Below are positions 52,515-62,784 of a stretch of 64,000 nt of DNA, one piece after another. The position numbers and the translations under genes were made by a program. The stretch's first letter is position 1. The number at the start of each line of letters is the position of its first letter. Source of the stretch: Bdellovibrionota bacterium (GTDB taxonomy: Bacteria > Bdellovibrionota > Bdellovibrionia > Bdellovibrionales > UBA840); assembly GCA_036140815.1 (NCBI GenBank), contig JAYZXX010000248.1:8017-72016 (forward strand), given 5' to 3'. The notes beneath the pieces were generated by a model, which saw only the letters and a list, made by a program, of their open reading frames with translations, had not been told where the DNA came from and ran no database searches.

Positions 52515-53200
52515 AAGCAGTAGTTATAACAGGTTGCTCAGGATTAATCGGAAAACAAATTGCAGAAGACTTCCTTAGCAAGGGATGGTCCGTTACTGGT
52601 ATTGATATTCAGGATTGCGATCTTGAAAGAGAAAATTTTTACTTTGAATATTGTGATCTTCGTGAAGAAGATCAAATCGAAGAGATCTTTAAAAAACTCC
52701 CCAAACTAGATCTGCTGGTCAATTGTGCTGCCAAAACCGATCAACCAAGAATAGCCCTTGAAAATTTATCTTTGGACGAATGGAATTTTGGCCTAAGTAT
52801 AAATTTGACTTCATATTTTCTATGTGCCAAACACGCATGCCCCCTACTTAAAAAAACGAATGGGAGTATTATTAATATTTCTTCCACTCGTGCTTTTATG
52901 TCAGAAGAAAATACATTTATATATACCAGCGCAAAAGGCGCGATCCAGTCATTAACACATTCTCTTGCTGTGAGTCTTTCCCCTCACATTAGAGTAAATT
53001 CAATTAGCCCTGGTTGGATCGATGACGAATCGGCCAAACACTCAGAAGAAGAAAAAAACTTTCATCTCTCTGGGCGCGTCGGAAAACCTTCAGATATTAG
53101 TTCTTTGTGTTTGTATTTAGCATCAGACAAATCCCACTTTCTTAATGGTGAAAACATCACTGTAGATGGTGGCGTTACAAAAAAGATGATCTACCCTTAA
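52511..53200 (+). CDS. Short-chain dehydrogenase/reductase (SDR) family oxidoreductase
   Basis: VVITGCSGLIGKQIA (TGxxxGxG). Catalytic YTSAKGA (YxxxK). Confidence 0.85.
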   Translation: MKAVVITGCSGLIGKQIAEDFLSKGWSVTGIDIQDCDLERENFYFEYCDLREEDQIEEIFKKLPKLDLLVNCAAKTDQPRIALENLSLDEWNFGLSINLTSYFLCAKHACPLLKKTNGSIINISSTRAFMSEENTFIYTSAKGAIQSLTHSLAVSLSPHIRVNSISPGWIDDESAKHSEEEKNFHLSGRVGKPSDISSLCLYLASDKSHFLNGENITVDGGVTKKMIYP

Positions 53201-53463
53201 ATCTTCGATCCAAGCTCTGGATTCTAGGTTGTCTGTAACAAAGAATACTTCCTTCAATAAATCATTGCCCGGTAGCTTTCGATGCTAAGTTACCGGGTGT
53301 CTTTTTTTAGATTGTGCCTGTCTCATATTGAAACATCATCCCGTTGACAGCTTTCGCCCCAAATCGTCATCTATAGTAAATTCATTGATGCCACCATCCT
53401 AAGGCCCCAGCTGTTTTGATTTGACCGCTCCAAAGTGGTCCATTCATTGCAATTTAAAGGGGT

Positions 53464-54726
53464 ATGAAAGCAAAAAAGAGCAAAAAATCAAATATTTTCA
53501 GTAAGTTAGAAGACCTACTTCTTGTGTCACGCCTTTTTGTCTACATTCTAGTTGTTACCGGCTTATATTTCCACAAGGCTCACTTAATAAATGGAGCCCT
53601 TCCGCATTTACCTACAATAGCCGGAAAAGAAATCCAGTTCGCCGCCGCTAGAGCTATTAATCCTGATTTAGAATTAGCGCTTTTAAAAAATAAGTTAAAA
53701 TTAGAATCTTCAAAATCACGCAATGAGTATTATGAATTTGATAAAGAAATCGCTATGGATGATTTTTTTAATAAAATTCATAAAGATTTTAAAGTCTCAA
53801 AATCTATGAAAAATAGAGTGTCTTTTTGGTTTGATGTTTACGCAAAATACGATGAAAACCAACACATCATCCATCATGCCAAATATCCATGGATTGTTTT
53901 TGATGTTGTAGATATCAGCTCCATCAAGAATAACATGAAGCTTCATCGCTGGACTCGTTACCATAGAGCCAAGGATTTAGTAAAAAATCGTAGAAAAGAA
54001 ATCAGAAATATCTATAAAAGGCTAAGTAGATTGAAACGTTTTGATCGCTTGAACTCTAAAGAGTTGCGCCTACTCAAGCTTCTAAGAGGAACCCCTGGAA
54101 AATTTAGAGACCGACTAAAATTAGCGTCAAGGAATGTACGCTCACAAACTGGTCAAAGAAATTTCTTTGAAGAAGGATTGGACCGATATTCTCAGTGGAT
54201 CCACGAAATCGAAAACACTTTCAAAAAACATAGACTTCCTCTTGAATTAACTAGAATTCCTTTTGTTGAGAGTAGCTACAATCCCGAAGCAACTTCCAAA
54301 GTAGGAGCTAGTGGTGTATGGCAACTTATGCCCAGCATCGGTAAAAAGTTTTTGCGGGTAAATGATAAAATTGATGAGAGAAACGACCCCATTTTATCCG
54401 CGAAAGCAGCCGCAAAGCTTTTTAAAGAAAATAAAATGATCCTTAGGAAATGGCCTCTTGCCGTTACCGCTTATAACACAGGGCCTGGCCTTGTAAAAAG
54501 GGCTATGAAAAAAACTCGTACCGATAAAATTCACCATCATATCGACAGATTTCACGCTGGAGCATTTGGCTTTGCAGCAAAAAACTTTTACGCTTCTTTC
54601 TTGGCGGCTTTACATGTTGAAAAATATCAAGATCGATTCTTTAAAATTAGAAAACTAGAAAAACAAATTTCTCAATTGGAAGCGGCTAGTTCTCAATTAC
54701 AGAGATATAACCAGGAGAGGCTATAA
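53464..54726 (+). CDS. Lytic transglycosylase (SLT domain)
   Basis: 420 aa with an N-terminal TM/signal anchor. Catalytic region PFVESSYNPEATSKVGASGVWQLMPSIG...AYNTGPG. Confidence 0.8.
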   Translation: MKAKKSKKSNIFSKLEDLLLVSRLFVYILVVTGLYFHKAHLINGALPHLPTIAGKEIQFAAARAINPDLELALLKNKLKLESSKSRNEYYEFDKEIAMDDFFNKIHKDFKVSKSMKNRVSFWFDVYAKYDENQHIIHHAKYPWIVFDVVDISSIKNNMKLHRWTRYHRAKDLVKNRRKEIRNIYKRLSRLKRFDRLNSKELRLLKLLRGTPGKFRDRLKLASRNVRSQTGQRNFFEEGLDRYSQWIHEIENTFKKHRLPLELTRIPFVESSYNPEATSKVGASGVWQLMPSIGKKFLRVNDKIDERNDPILSAKAAAKLFKENKMILRKWPLAVTAYNTGPGLVKRAMKKTRTDKIHHHIDRFHAGAFGFAAKNFYASFLAALHVEKYQDRFFKIRKLEKQISQLEAASSQLQRYNQERL

Positions 54727-57064
54727 AAAGTTGGCTTGTAATCAGACCAAAGCTTGTACTTTGAATGCTATGTAGCCCGGGTGAAACCCCCTGTACGAAA
54801 ACCACTGGATAACTTAGCAATTGCGAGTCGTTATAAATTTGCTCCAACTCCCCTTCCGCATTCAAGCCATACAAAGTCTGCATTTCAAATGAAAATCTAC
54901 TATGGTTTAACTCAAGTGAGTCAATTCCTTTGCTTGTATAGAAAGCTAAGATGGGAAGGCTCGAATCTAGTTTGCCTTCAAATAGTGATTTTTTAAAGGC
55001 AGGTAAAAATTTGGAGAAAACTTGCTCTTCTCTGTTTACAAAGTGAAAACGGTGAGGCAGATACTCCAATCCTGGCCAATACTCAATTTGGTGAAAGGCT
55101 TTATTTTTTAAGTAAGTGTATTTCACTTTATCCTGCGCCCCTACCTGGTATTTATCCTCTAAACCTAAGATTTGGTATGAGCTCTTCAAAACATCGCCAC
55201 TACGATAATCGGCCACTTGAAGCTGGAGACTTTTCTTTTCAGCCATCGAGAAGTCTACTTTTGTGACCGCTTGTGCTTCGGTATATGCGGTCATAGAAAC
55301 CAATGTATTGTTTCTTTCTATTCTAATTTGGTGATTATCTGCACTCACGTTAACAAATAGAAACATTCCCGATCTAGAACTTTGAGTTAATGCCATATCA
55401 GGAATCATAAAGTCATTTAAGTAGATTGGGCCCACTGCATTTTTATCAGTAATTTGAGCAATGAAGCCGGAGCTATCTTTTAAATTTGATATTCTACCAA
55501 ACACATAGGAAAGTTGAGGATCAACATATTGTCCCTGCGTCTTTAACAGCTTTTCAACTTCAGAAATATAGTTCCTACTTAAAAGCTCTACTCGATTCGA
55601 TCTACCTGCTTGTAATATTTGAATCTGCTTTAATCCATCAGAAGACTCAAGGGAAGTCACAAAATTAGAATGCCTAGAATATCTTTCATCAATGTATACC
55701 CCTTCGGAAACATTAACTTCATCTCTTCCATCTATAAACATTTTTACAGTCTCTTCTTCCATAATACCGCTAAGTAAAAGCTCGAAACCCCAGCTTAATG
55801 GTTTTAAAGAAATTTCTAAGTCTATGTCTTTTAAACTATTACTAAGCTCCTGGTAGTTATGGGCGAGTAACCTGCCAGCTGCATCTTTATACCTAGTAAT
55901 GATTCCCATTACACCACCTGAAATATGGACGGGAAAATCTGGTTTTTCTAAATCCACTTCAACTGACTTTTCTCTTCCGTCTTCGTAAATTAAAGACACA
56001 TCCACCTTAGAACTTGGACCTAAATATGCTAAACCTTCCAAGAAACGCAATTTTGCCTTAACCAAATAGTCATTCACAACTTTTGATAAACTTGAGCCAA
56101 TAAGGTCAAGACTCTCAAATTCATATCCACTAGTTTTATAGATCTTTTCTGGTGCTTTTTTTGAGAACATATAGTCAGAAGCAGATAAAGTAAGCACGCT
56201 TTCTCTTGCTCCTTTTTTTGATTCCTGAGAACTCACCGAAGCTAAAGTCTGTGAGCCTGTTTCCTCAGAGCCGTTTCCTGATAGCCCTGGCTTCGATGCA
56301 CCTGAAGAATTTTGTTTTTGATTTACCCTAACATTTCCAGTGTTTACACTGCCTTGGGTTTTAGTTGTGTTGTAACTAACACTAACTGTTCTTTGAGTTC
56401 CAGAGCCAAGCTTTACTTCATTCACACGAGCTTCAATCTCTTGAACCACAGGGTCCTTCATTGGCGTCTCTTCTTGAAGTGCATAGAGCTCTTCAAGTGC
56501 CAATGAATTTAAGCGATTAAACATTCCGTGGTTTTCTGTAAAACCTAGCTGGTTGATGAAGGACTTTTTCTCTTCTGCAACAACTCTTCTCTCCCACTGA
56601 TTCATATCAAGATCATTTTCAGCTAAGGCTTCTGTAGATTCGTTTTCCATCAGTTTTTTAGCATCCGCTTTTGAAATTCTTAGCGCGGATGCGTTTTCAT
56701 CGATGTACTTATACTTTCCTAAAATATAATCTTCTTTACTTAGGCGAATGCCCTCTTTAAGGTTTATAATTTTTGGCCTAACATATTTTTCATCTGGCAC
56801 TAGCTTGGTGGTGGCCACCTTTTCTATTTCATCAAACTCAGAGCTGTCTACGATAAAGGCTTCTATCTTTGCATCTCTTAGTGAAGCCAGTAAAATAGAA
56901 GACTTTGGTATTTGCACCTGTAGAGCTTCGCCAATATAGATGTGATTTGTTTTTCCAGATCTTTCTGAATTAAAGAAGGCAAAGAAAAACACTAAAACAC
57001 TTAAAAAGTATTTTTTGCTAGCCTCTTTTTTATAAAGGTGTCGATTGTAATGACTAAATCGCAT
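54686..57064 (-). CDS. Large exported hypothetical protein
   Basis: 792-aa uninterrupted ORF with N-terminal hydrophobic segment YFLSVLVFFFAFF. No recognised motif. Confidence 0.6.
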   Translation of the reverse strand: MRFSHYNRHLYKKEASKKYFLSVLVFFFAFFNSERSGKTNHIYIGEALQVQIPKSSILLASLRDAKIEAFIVDSSEFDEIEKVATTKLVPDEKYVRPKIINLKEGIRLSKEDYILGKYKYIDENASALRISKADAKKLMENESTEALAENDLDMNQWERRVVAEEKKSFINQLGFTENHGMFNRLNSLALEELYALQEETPMKDPVVQEIEARVNEVKLGSGTQRTVSVSYNTTKTQGSVNTGNVRVNQKQNSSGASKPGLSGNGSEETGSQTLASVSSQESKKGARESVLTLSASDYMFSKKAPEKIYKTSGYEFESLDLIGSSLSKVVNDYLVKAKLRFLEGLAYLGPSSKVDVSLIYEDGREKSVEVDLEKPDFPVHISGGVMGIITRYKDAAGRLLAHNYQELSNSLKDIDLEISLKPLSWGFELLLSGIMEEETVKMFIDGRDEVNVSEGVYIDERYSRHSNFVTSLESSDGLKQIQILQAGRSNRVELLSRNYISEVEKLLKTQGQYVDPQLSYVFGRISNLKDSSGFIAQITDKNAVGPIYLNDFMIPDMALTQSSRSGMFLFVNVSADNHQIRIERNNTLVSMTAYTEAQAVTKVDFSMAEKKSLQLQVADYRSGDVLKSSYQILGLEDKYQVGAQDKVKYTYLKNKAFHQIEYWPGLEYLPHRFHFVNREEQVFSKFLPAFKKSLFEGKLDSSLPILAFYTSKGIDSLELNHSRFSFEMQTLYGLNAEGELEQIYNDSQLLSYPVVFVQGVSPGLHSIQSTSFGLITSQLFIASPGYISVIEN

Positions 57065-57175
57065 CCTTGCCTTTAATTACGCATCTTCTTGATGCTTTTC
57101 TAAAATCTATAAAACACTTTTTTGATTCAATATTCGTTAAATCAAAGAAAGTTAAATCATAGTAATATTGTATAT

Positions 57176-57622
57176 TTAGAATGGACGAAAATCATCAATT
57201 AGGTCTGCACCCTCATGACGTTGGACTAGCCTTTTTTTGATTTTTTCATTCAAGGATTTAGCAAATTCGACATTTTCCCCTGTGGAATAATATTTGGTCA
57301 TTCCAAGTTCTTCTGTCTTAATGGATATCTCTAAAGTGTAAGGCCTAGTAACGCCGAGTATTACGACCTTAGCCCACGCTCTTTCAAGCAATTTTCCATT
57401 TTTCGTTCTACCGGGTCTCTTTGAAAATTTTCCGGGTAACTGAAAAGCCTCAAAGTACATTTCTCTACCGTTGGGGCTTGTTGACTTTAGCTCTGAAGGA
57501 ACAGTGTCTAAGATGATTCTCTTCAGAAGATCTAAGCTATAAGGAAGGGGCTCAGATTTTACTCCCGTAGAAGAACAGGATAGTAGAGCCCCAATCATAA
57601 AAGTTAAAACAACTTTTAACAT
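57176..57622 (-). CDS. Lipoprotein, unknown function
   Basis: 148 aa with lipobox GALLSCSS. Confidence 0.6.
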   Translation of the reverse strand: MLKVVLTFMIGALLSCSSTGVKSEPLPYSLDLLKRIILDTVPSELKSTSPNGREMYFEAFQLPGKFSKRPGRTKNGKLLERAWAKVVILGVTRPYTLEISIKTEELGMTKYYSTGENVEFAKSLNEKIKKRLVQRHEGADLIDDFRPF

Positions 57623-57625
57623 AGA

Positions 57626-58270
57626 TTATTTAGGTACTTTTTCTGCATCCGCTAAAAACTTAGCAATACCAGCATCAGTTAATGGGTGGTTACCTAAACC
57701 TTTCATTACACTGTAAGGAATAGTAACAACGTCAGCAGCCAAAAGTGCAGAGTCTAAAACATGAGTCGGGTTACGAACACTTGCAACCAACACTTGTGTT
57801 TGGAAATCATAATTTCTGTAGATTTGAACCATTTGCTCAATAAGGTCTAAGCCAATGTTTCCAATATCATCTAAGCGCCCAACAAATGGAGAAACATAAG
57901 TCGCACCAGCTTTAGCAACTAAAAGAGCTTGAAGTGGTGAGAAACAAAGAGTCACGTTTGTCTTAATTCCATCAGCTGCTAAACGACGAGTTGCGATTAA
58001 TCCGTCCTCACACATTGGGATTTTAACAATAACGTTGTCAGCAATTTTAGCTAACTCAAGACCTTCTTTATACATTTGTTCAGCTTCAAGGCTAATTACC
58101 TCAGCGTGTACAGGACCACTAACTTCAGCACAGATCTCTTTGATCACTTCTGCGTTAGATTTTCCTACTTTTGCGATTAAACTAGGGTTAGTTGTAACAC
58201 CGTCAACCCAGCCACGCTTGTTTGCTTCTCTAATTTCATTAATATCAGCTGTATCGATAAAAAACTTCAT
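57626..58270 (-). CDS. fsa: Fructose-6-phosphate aldolase / short-type transaldolase
   Basis: 214 aa. [16 protein letters not shown]...GVTTNPSL, with the Schiff-base Lys region VIVKIP. Confidence 0.9.
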   Translation of the reverse strand: MKFFIDTADINEIREANKRGWVDGVTTNPSLIAKVGKSNAEVIKEICAEVSGPVHAEVISLEAEQMYKEGLELAKIADNVIVKIPMCEDGLIATRRLAADGIKTNVTLCFSPLQALLVAKAGATYVSPFVGRLDDIGNIGLDLIEQMVQIYRNYDFQTQVLVASVRNPTHVLDSALLAADVVTIPYSVMKGLGNHPLTDAGIAKFLADAEKVPK

Positions 58271-58299
58271 ATTGTCTCCTTAAAGGTTTCGAACAAAAT

Positions 58300-58833
58300 C
58301 TAATTACCAGCAGTTGGGCTTTGAAGCAGCTCTTTACCCTGTGCAAAAAAATAATCTGCGACTTTAATCTTTCGATTTCGGGCAATAATTTCTAAGCTTT
58401 CCTCTAATATTGGGTGCTCAAATTTTGGCCAAAGCTCTGCGCTTGCTAAAATCCAATCTGGCCTTTCAAGCCATTCTGGATTCGGTAAATTTATATTTGG
58501 TAACATAAACACATTGTCAGAAAAGAACAGTAGATAAAGGTATATGCCGCCATGCGCCAAGCGCTCGTTAATAGCCTTTTGCTTAGTTTGCAGTCTTTTT
58601 AAAAAACCAATTGGCTCAAGTTCACTTTGAACGGAATAGGCTACGCTTATGCTTTTAGCCGCTGCTAATTTTACACTTTTCGTAGAACGCCTTGAAACAT
58701 CGAACTCACTAAGCTCGTAAATTGAAGAGATGGACATCAGTTCAAACTCCTGATCTATCCAAGAGGTAACTTCTTTCAACACCTCTGTGTCGTTTATCTC
58801 CTTTGCTTCTGCTGCGAGGATTATTTTATTCAA
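58300..58833 (-). CDS. Hypothetical protein, possibly a divergent HPPK (FolK)-like fold
   Basis: 177 aa. SSIYELSEFD..., LEPIGFLKRLQ..., and NLPNPEWLERPDWILASAELWPKFEHPIL loosely follow the HPPK pattern (S.lYeT.P / LL..l..iE / LPHP...eR.FVL.PL.ei). Confidence 0.35.
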   Translation of the reverse strand: MNKIILAAEAKEINDTEVLKEVTSWIDQEFELMSISSIYELSEFDVSRRSTKSVKLAAAKSISVAYSVQSELEPIGFLKRLQTKQKAINERLAHGGIYLYLLFFSDNVFMLPNINLPNPEWLERPDWILASAELWPKFEHPILEESLEIIARNRKIKVADYFFAQGKELLQSPTAGN

Positions 58834-58845
58834 AGTAAAACCTTC

Positions 58846-59508
58846 TTAAAACATATCGTCCATACAAAAAAAGCCTTTTTCTTTTGCTTGTATCCAAGCG
58901 GCAGCCTCTAAGGCTCCCTTTGCAAAGACCTCTCGATTGTAGGCTCGGTGTGTAATTTGAATTTCTTCTTCCGGACTCATTGCATATAGCTCATGAACTC
59001 CAAAAACTCCACCGCCACGCATATCCGTAACCGGTACTTCTTTACCAACTACATCTTCTGTAGCTCTCTGTAAATACTTGGCGGTTCCACTAGGTCTATC
59101 TATTTTATGAATATGATGAGCCTCATGTAAATGATAGTCCCATTCCTTTGCCGCCTTCAAACTTTTTAGCATATGTTTAAAAATGGCAACGCCTAAACTC
59201 ATGTTTGGTGACCAAAAAACTGCATTTTCACTAGAGTAGTCTTTCAAAACTTCAAGCTGTTCCTCGCTGTAGCCCGTTACCCCAGAAACCAATTTCAATT
59301 TATGTTCTTTACAGAACTCAATAACCTGAGGAGTGACCTCGGGAAGACTAAAATCTATAAGCGTTTTACAAGAGTCAGAAAGCTCATGTGCATCAGAAAT
59401 ATTCCTTCCTAATTCACACACGCAAAGCGCTCTAAAAGCCTCTTGGTTTTTAATAATCGCTTGGCCCATTCGACCATTAGCCCCCATCAATGCATATTCG
59501 AAACCCAT
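58846..59508 (-). CDS. dapB: 4-hydroxy-tetrahydrodipicolinate reductase (short form)
   Basis: GANGRMGQAI nucleotide-binding N-terminus. Signature EAHHIHKIDRPSGTA. Confidence 0.85.
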   Translation of the reverse strand: MGFEYALMGANGRMGQAIIKNQEAFRALCVCELGRNISDAHELSDSCKTLIDFSLPEVTPQVIEFCKEHKLKLVSGVTGYSEEQLEVLKDYSSENAVFWSPNMSLGVAIFKHMLKSLKAAKEWDYHLHEAHHIHKIDRPSGTAKYLQRATEDVVGKEVPVTDMRGGGVFGVHELYAMSPEEEIQITHRAYNREVFAKGALEAAAWIQAKEKGFFCMDDMF

Positions 59509-60381
59509 CTACAAAACTCCAAGCGTTTTCAATTCAGATTTTAAAGCTTCAGAATGCTTGGCTGTACAGTCAATCAAGGGCAGCCTTACCTCAGCGGATT
59601 CTATGATTCCCATGTGTTTTAAACTTTCTTTTACGGGCACTGGGTTTGGCTCGGCAAAAAGTTGGTCACAATAGTTATTGTATTTTTCATAAGCCTGAAG
59701 ACAAGAACGATCCCCACTTTTGGCTTGTTTCGTCCAATCAACAAACTCTTTAGGGATTATATGGCTAATCACACTAATAACCCCAGTACAGCCGGAAAAA
59801 ATTGATTCTAAATAACTTCCATCATCACCAGACAACAAAGCAAAATCATCAGAAACTTTTTCTTTGTATTGAGAAAACAAGTCTGTTTTCCCTGTAGCTT
59901 CTTTAATACCTACAATATTACTAATTTTTGATAGCTCCACAACCGTATCTACTGCCAAAGAGGTAATGGTTCTTCCAGGGACATTATAAAGTAGAATAGG
60001 CAAGTTCGTTGCTTCAGCAATTTTTGTGAAGTGCTGCTTCAGGCCCTCTTGGGTAGGCTTATTGTAATAAGGCACAACAGAAAGAATTCCATCTGGCTTT
60101 AGTGATTCAGCCTTTTTCAAGTTCTGAATCACTTTATCTGTGGCATTTCCACCCACCCCTAAAACAATATTCATCTCAGGCTTATAATCTCGAGTTAATT
60201 GGACTAATTCCTCAATTTCATTCCACTCAAGAGTTGGGCTTTCACCAGTAGTACCATTAATTACAATTGCAGTAACGCCTCCGTCCCACTGAAAATCCAA
60301 TAGCTTTTTATAGCTGTTTAAATCTAGCTTGTTATTTTTAAACGGACTAACTATTGCAGTCATTACAGTATTAAAGTTCAT
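59509..60381 (-). CDS. dapA: 4-hydroxy-tetrahydrodipicolinate synthase
   Basis: 290 aa. AIVSPF..., INGTTGESPTL, and Lys-containing GIKEATG. Confidence 0.93.
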   Translation of the reverse strand: MNFNTVMTAIVSPFKNNKLDLNSYKKLLDFQWDGGVTAIVINGTTGESPTLEWNEIEELVQLTRDYKPEMNIVLGVGGNATDKVIQNLKKAESLKPDGILSVVPYYNKPTQEGLKQHFTKIAEATNLPILLYNVPGRTITSLAVDTVVELSKISNIVGIKEATGKTDLFSQYKEKVSDDFALLSGDDGSYLESIFSGCTGVISVISHIIPKEFVDWTKQAKSGDRSCLQAYEKYNNYCDQLFAEPNPVPVKESLKHMGIIESAEVRLPLIDCTAKHSEALKSELKTLGVL

Positions 60382-60382
60382 T

Positions 60383-61138
60383 TTAACTTATCCTTCCCTC
60401 AAATATAATTTCAGCATCTCCAATTAGAAAAACGCTGTCTTTAGTTTTGCGAATAATTACTTTTCCACCAGGAAGATTAAGACTTATTTCATCCCCCAAG
60501 TCTGGATACTTTTTAAGGATATCAAGGCCGCATGCGGCCGCTCCAGTTCCACAAGCCAAAGTAAAGTCTTCAACACCCCTCTCAAAGCTTACGGCAAAAT
60601 ACGAGTTATTCTCTTCATACCACAAACTAAGGTTTGCCCCCCTGCTATCTAGCTTTTCAGGAAATCTTCTAGAGCGACAAAAACTTTTTACATTCTCATC
60701 ATTCATGCCAAATTTTTTTTCAAATACATAGTGCGGTACACCAGTATTCCAAATGTTCCCTTTTGCTTCTGTACCTATAAATTGACATATGGGCATTTTC
60801 ACTGAATATTTTTTGTCGACCAATTCAATTTCGGTTAAACCACCGCCCGTTCTTAATTGGACTGGTGCCTCTCCATCTAATCGCTCAATAAATAGCTTTG
60901 CAACTGCTCGACTTGCATTTCCACACATTTCGGCGGTTGAACCATCAGAATTATAAAAATCCCAAACTAATTCATTGTCAGAAATTTTATCTAGAACCAA
61001 AAAACCATCCGCTCCAACAGAAAGCTTTCTCTGGCAAATCTTCTTTGCCAACTCAGAGCGTAAACTCTTGGCCGGAGCATCATTTTCAAGTGCTACAATA
61101 AAATCGTTTCCCGAGGCTTGTATTTTATAGAACTTCAT
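60383..61138 (-). CDS. dapF: Diaminopimelate epimerase
   Basis: 251 aa. KIQASGNDFIV, with catalytic cysteines in MCGNASR and ACGTGAAA. Confidence 0.92.
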   Translation of the reverse strand: MKFYKIQASGNDFIVALENDAPAKSLRSELAKKICQRKLSVGADGFLVLDKISDNELVWDFYNSDGSTAEMCGNASRAVAKLFIERLDGEAPVQLRTGGGLTEIELVDKKYSVKMPICQFIGTEAKGNIWNTGVPHYVFEKKFGMNDENVKSFCRSRRFPEKLDSRGANLSLWYEENNSYFAVSFERGVEDFTLACGTGAAACGLDILKKYPDLGDEISLNLPGGKVIIRKTKDSVFLIGDAEIIFEGRIS

Positions 61139-61356
61139 TATTTTTTCTTTTTATCCTCTTTTTTGACTTCGAGGTAATCCAAAACCTCTAAGGATGTCGG
61201 GTCTACTGAATCATTGTTTTCAAGGAGCCAAGCTTTTGGTTGAGGGCGACCCCGTCCAATTTCAGCTTGTACTCCCGGAGGAATGGGGTCATTCTTCACA
61301 CCACAGGCGTTTAGAAATAAAAAGATTAGCAAGAACAGTTTTTTCATGCTGATCAC
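61138..61356 (-). CDS. Small lipoprotein (LptM/YifL-like position upstream of dapF)
   Basis: 72 aa. Lipobox FLFLNACG followed by VKNDPIPP. The stop overlaps the dapF start. Confidence 0.5.
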   Translation of the reverse strand: MISMKKLFLLIFLFLNACGVKNDPIPPGVQAEIGRGRPQPKAWLLENNDSVDPTSLEVLDYLEVKKEDKKKK

Positions 61357-62237
61357 TTTACAACTTTTTGGATACTTGTACCAGAGAGAAGTTGGTACTT
61401 TTCCTTTATGTTCTCTACTTCTTTACAGCTCCTAGGATCATCTTGCTTTTGTATTGCCTCTTTTTTTACTCTGCGATTGCATAGATCTACATATTTGGCA
61501 AAATACTTTAAAAAGCTTTGATCAGCTTGTCCTCGATACATTACCCCTAAAAAATAGTATTTATCTGGCAAATCTTGATCCTGTATCTTTGCAAACCAAA
61601 GCTTTGCCTCATCAAAAGAACCATCCACCATATAGGCCTGGCCCAACGACAGCCTGAATAAGTCATCCTCTTTTACAGCCTTAGTTTTTTCCATAAAGGC
61701 CAATAGCTCCTTAGGCTCACCAGCGCAACCCAAGGAAAAAGCTTTTAGGTAAACCAAGCTTTCCTTATAGGGATTTTCTTTTAATGCTTTCTTTGACCAG
61801 TTTAAAGCCGCGTCACATTCACCTTGTAAAAGCCGAATTCTAGCTAGCGCCTCCATTGGGCGAACATTTAAAGGCTCCATAGACTGAACCTCTTCAAATC
61901 CCTTAGCTCCTTCAGCTAAAGATAGTGTTTCTTTGGCCTTACCCAATTCAAATGCCTGTAAGCTTTTTGCTTCATAAAATATTTCAGAGACTTTGGTAAG
62001 CATTTTAATGGCTTTTAAGCGATCTTCTGTCGTTATATCCTTAGCAATTAAAAAGTCTCTCAGTACCTTAGTGGCTTGCATACGATCTCTTTGTAAACTC
62101 AAGTTCTTAGACTTTGCCAAAACCAAACTCAAATCACTTGCAAAAAGCGCATTACCAGAACCAAAAAAAGCAGCAAAACACAAAGTGCTTGCTGCCAAAT
62201 TCAATAAAATATTATATTTCTTAATTACCATGTCCAT
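61353..62237 (-). CDS. Exported TPR-like helical repeat protein
   Basis: 294 aa with signal-like N-terminus. Helical repeat pattern (AxxxY/F...P spacing). Confidence 0.5.
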   Translation of the reverse strand: MDMVIKKYNILLNLAASTLCFAAFFGSGNALFASDLSLVLAKSKNLSLQRDRMQATKVLRDFLIAKDITTEDRLKAIKMLTKVSEIFYEAKSLQAFELGKAKETLSLAEGAKGFEEVQSMEPLNVRPMEALARIRLLQGECDAALNWSKKALKENPYKESLVYLKAFSLGCAGEPKELLAFMEKTKAVKEDDLFRLSLGQAYMVDGSFDEAKLWFAKIQDQDLPDKYYFLGVMYRGQADQSFLKYFAKYVDLCNRRVKKEAIQKQDDPRSCKEVENIKEKYQLLSGTSIQKVVK

Positions 62238-62784
62238 AAGCAGTTAGTTCCATAGTAACATCACCGAACTGCGAAGGGCTAATAGATTTTGCACTTCCAT
62301 TTAAAGGAATTAATTCTGGGTTAATCCAAATTTGAGAAATGCTTCCATCGTCATTGTTTTTAATTTTTACATAAATTGCTTCAAAAGTTCCTGCTGGTAC
62401 AGTTACAGAAGATTCTTCAGCGCTAATAATTTCCATATTCCCTGGCTCTGGAACATCTTGTTTCTCACCATTTACGATAAGTTCTTTAATTTCTCCTGTG
62501 TTTTGATCTATCAGGGCTTCCATTTTTTGCTTACCCATGAAACCAAGGTCCATATCTTGAATCATCCAAATTCCATTTTTTGTAACTTCACGCACTGAAG
62601 TGTTGTTAGTTCCTTTGATGAAACCCATGTTTAAGTTGTAGTTCGCATAATCACCAGCTTTCCAGTTCAAACCAGTAGTCTTAGCCATGACTTGTAGGCT
62701 TGTTTGTAAGTTTGGAACGTTCTGAAACGACCAAGCACTTAGCGACATCATCAATGTAGTAATCGTCAAAAGTAATGCTTTCAT
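62221..62784 (-). CDS. Secreted hypothetical protein
   Basis: 187 aa. Signal peptide MKALLLTITTLMMSLSAWS. GGAGGAAAA RBS. Confidence 0.55.
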   Translation of the reverse strand: MKALLLTITTLMMSLSAWSFQNVPNLQTSLQVMAKTTGLNWKAGDYANYNLNMGFIKGTNNTSVREVTKNGIWMIQDMDLGFMGKQKMEALIDQNTGEIKELIVNGEKQDVPEPGNMEIISAEESSVTVPAGTFEAIYVKIKNNDDGSISQIWINPELIPLNGSAKSISPSQFGDVTMELTAYGHGN

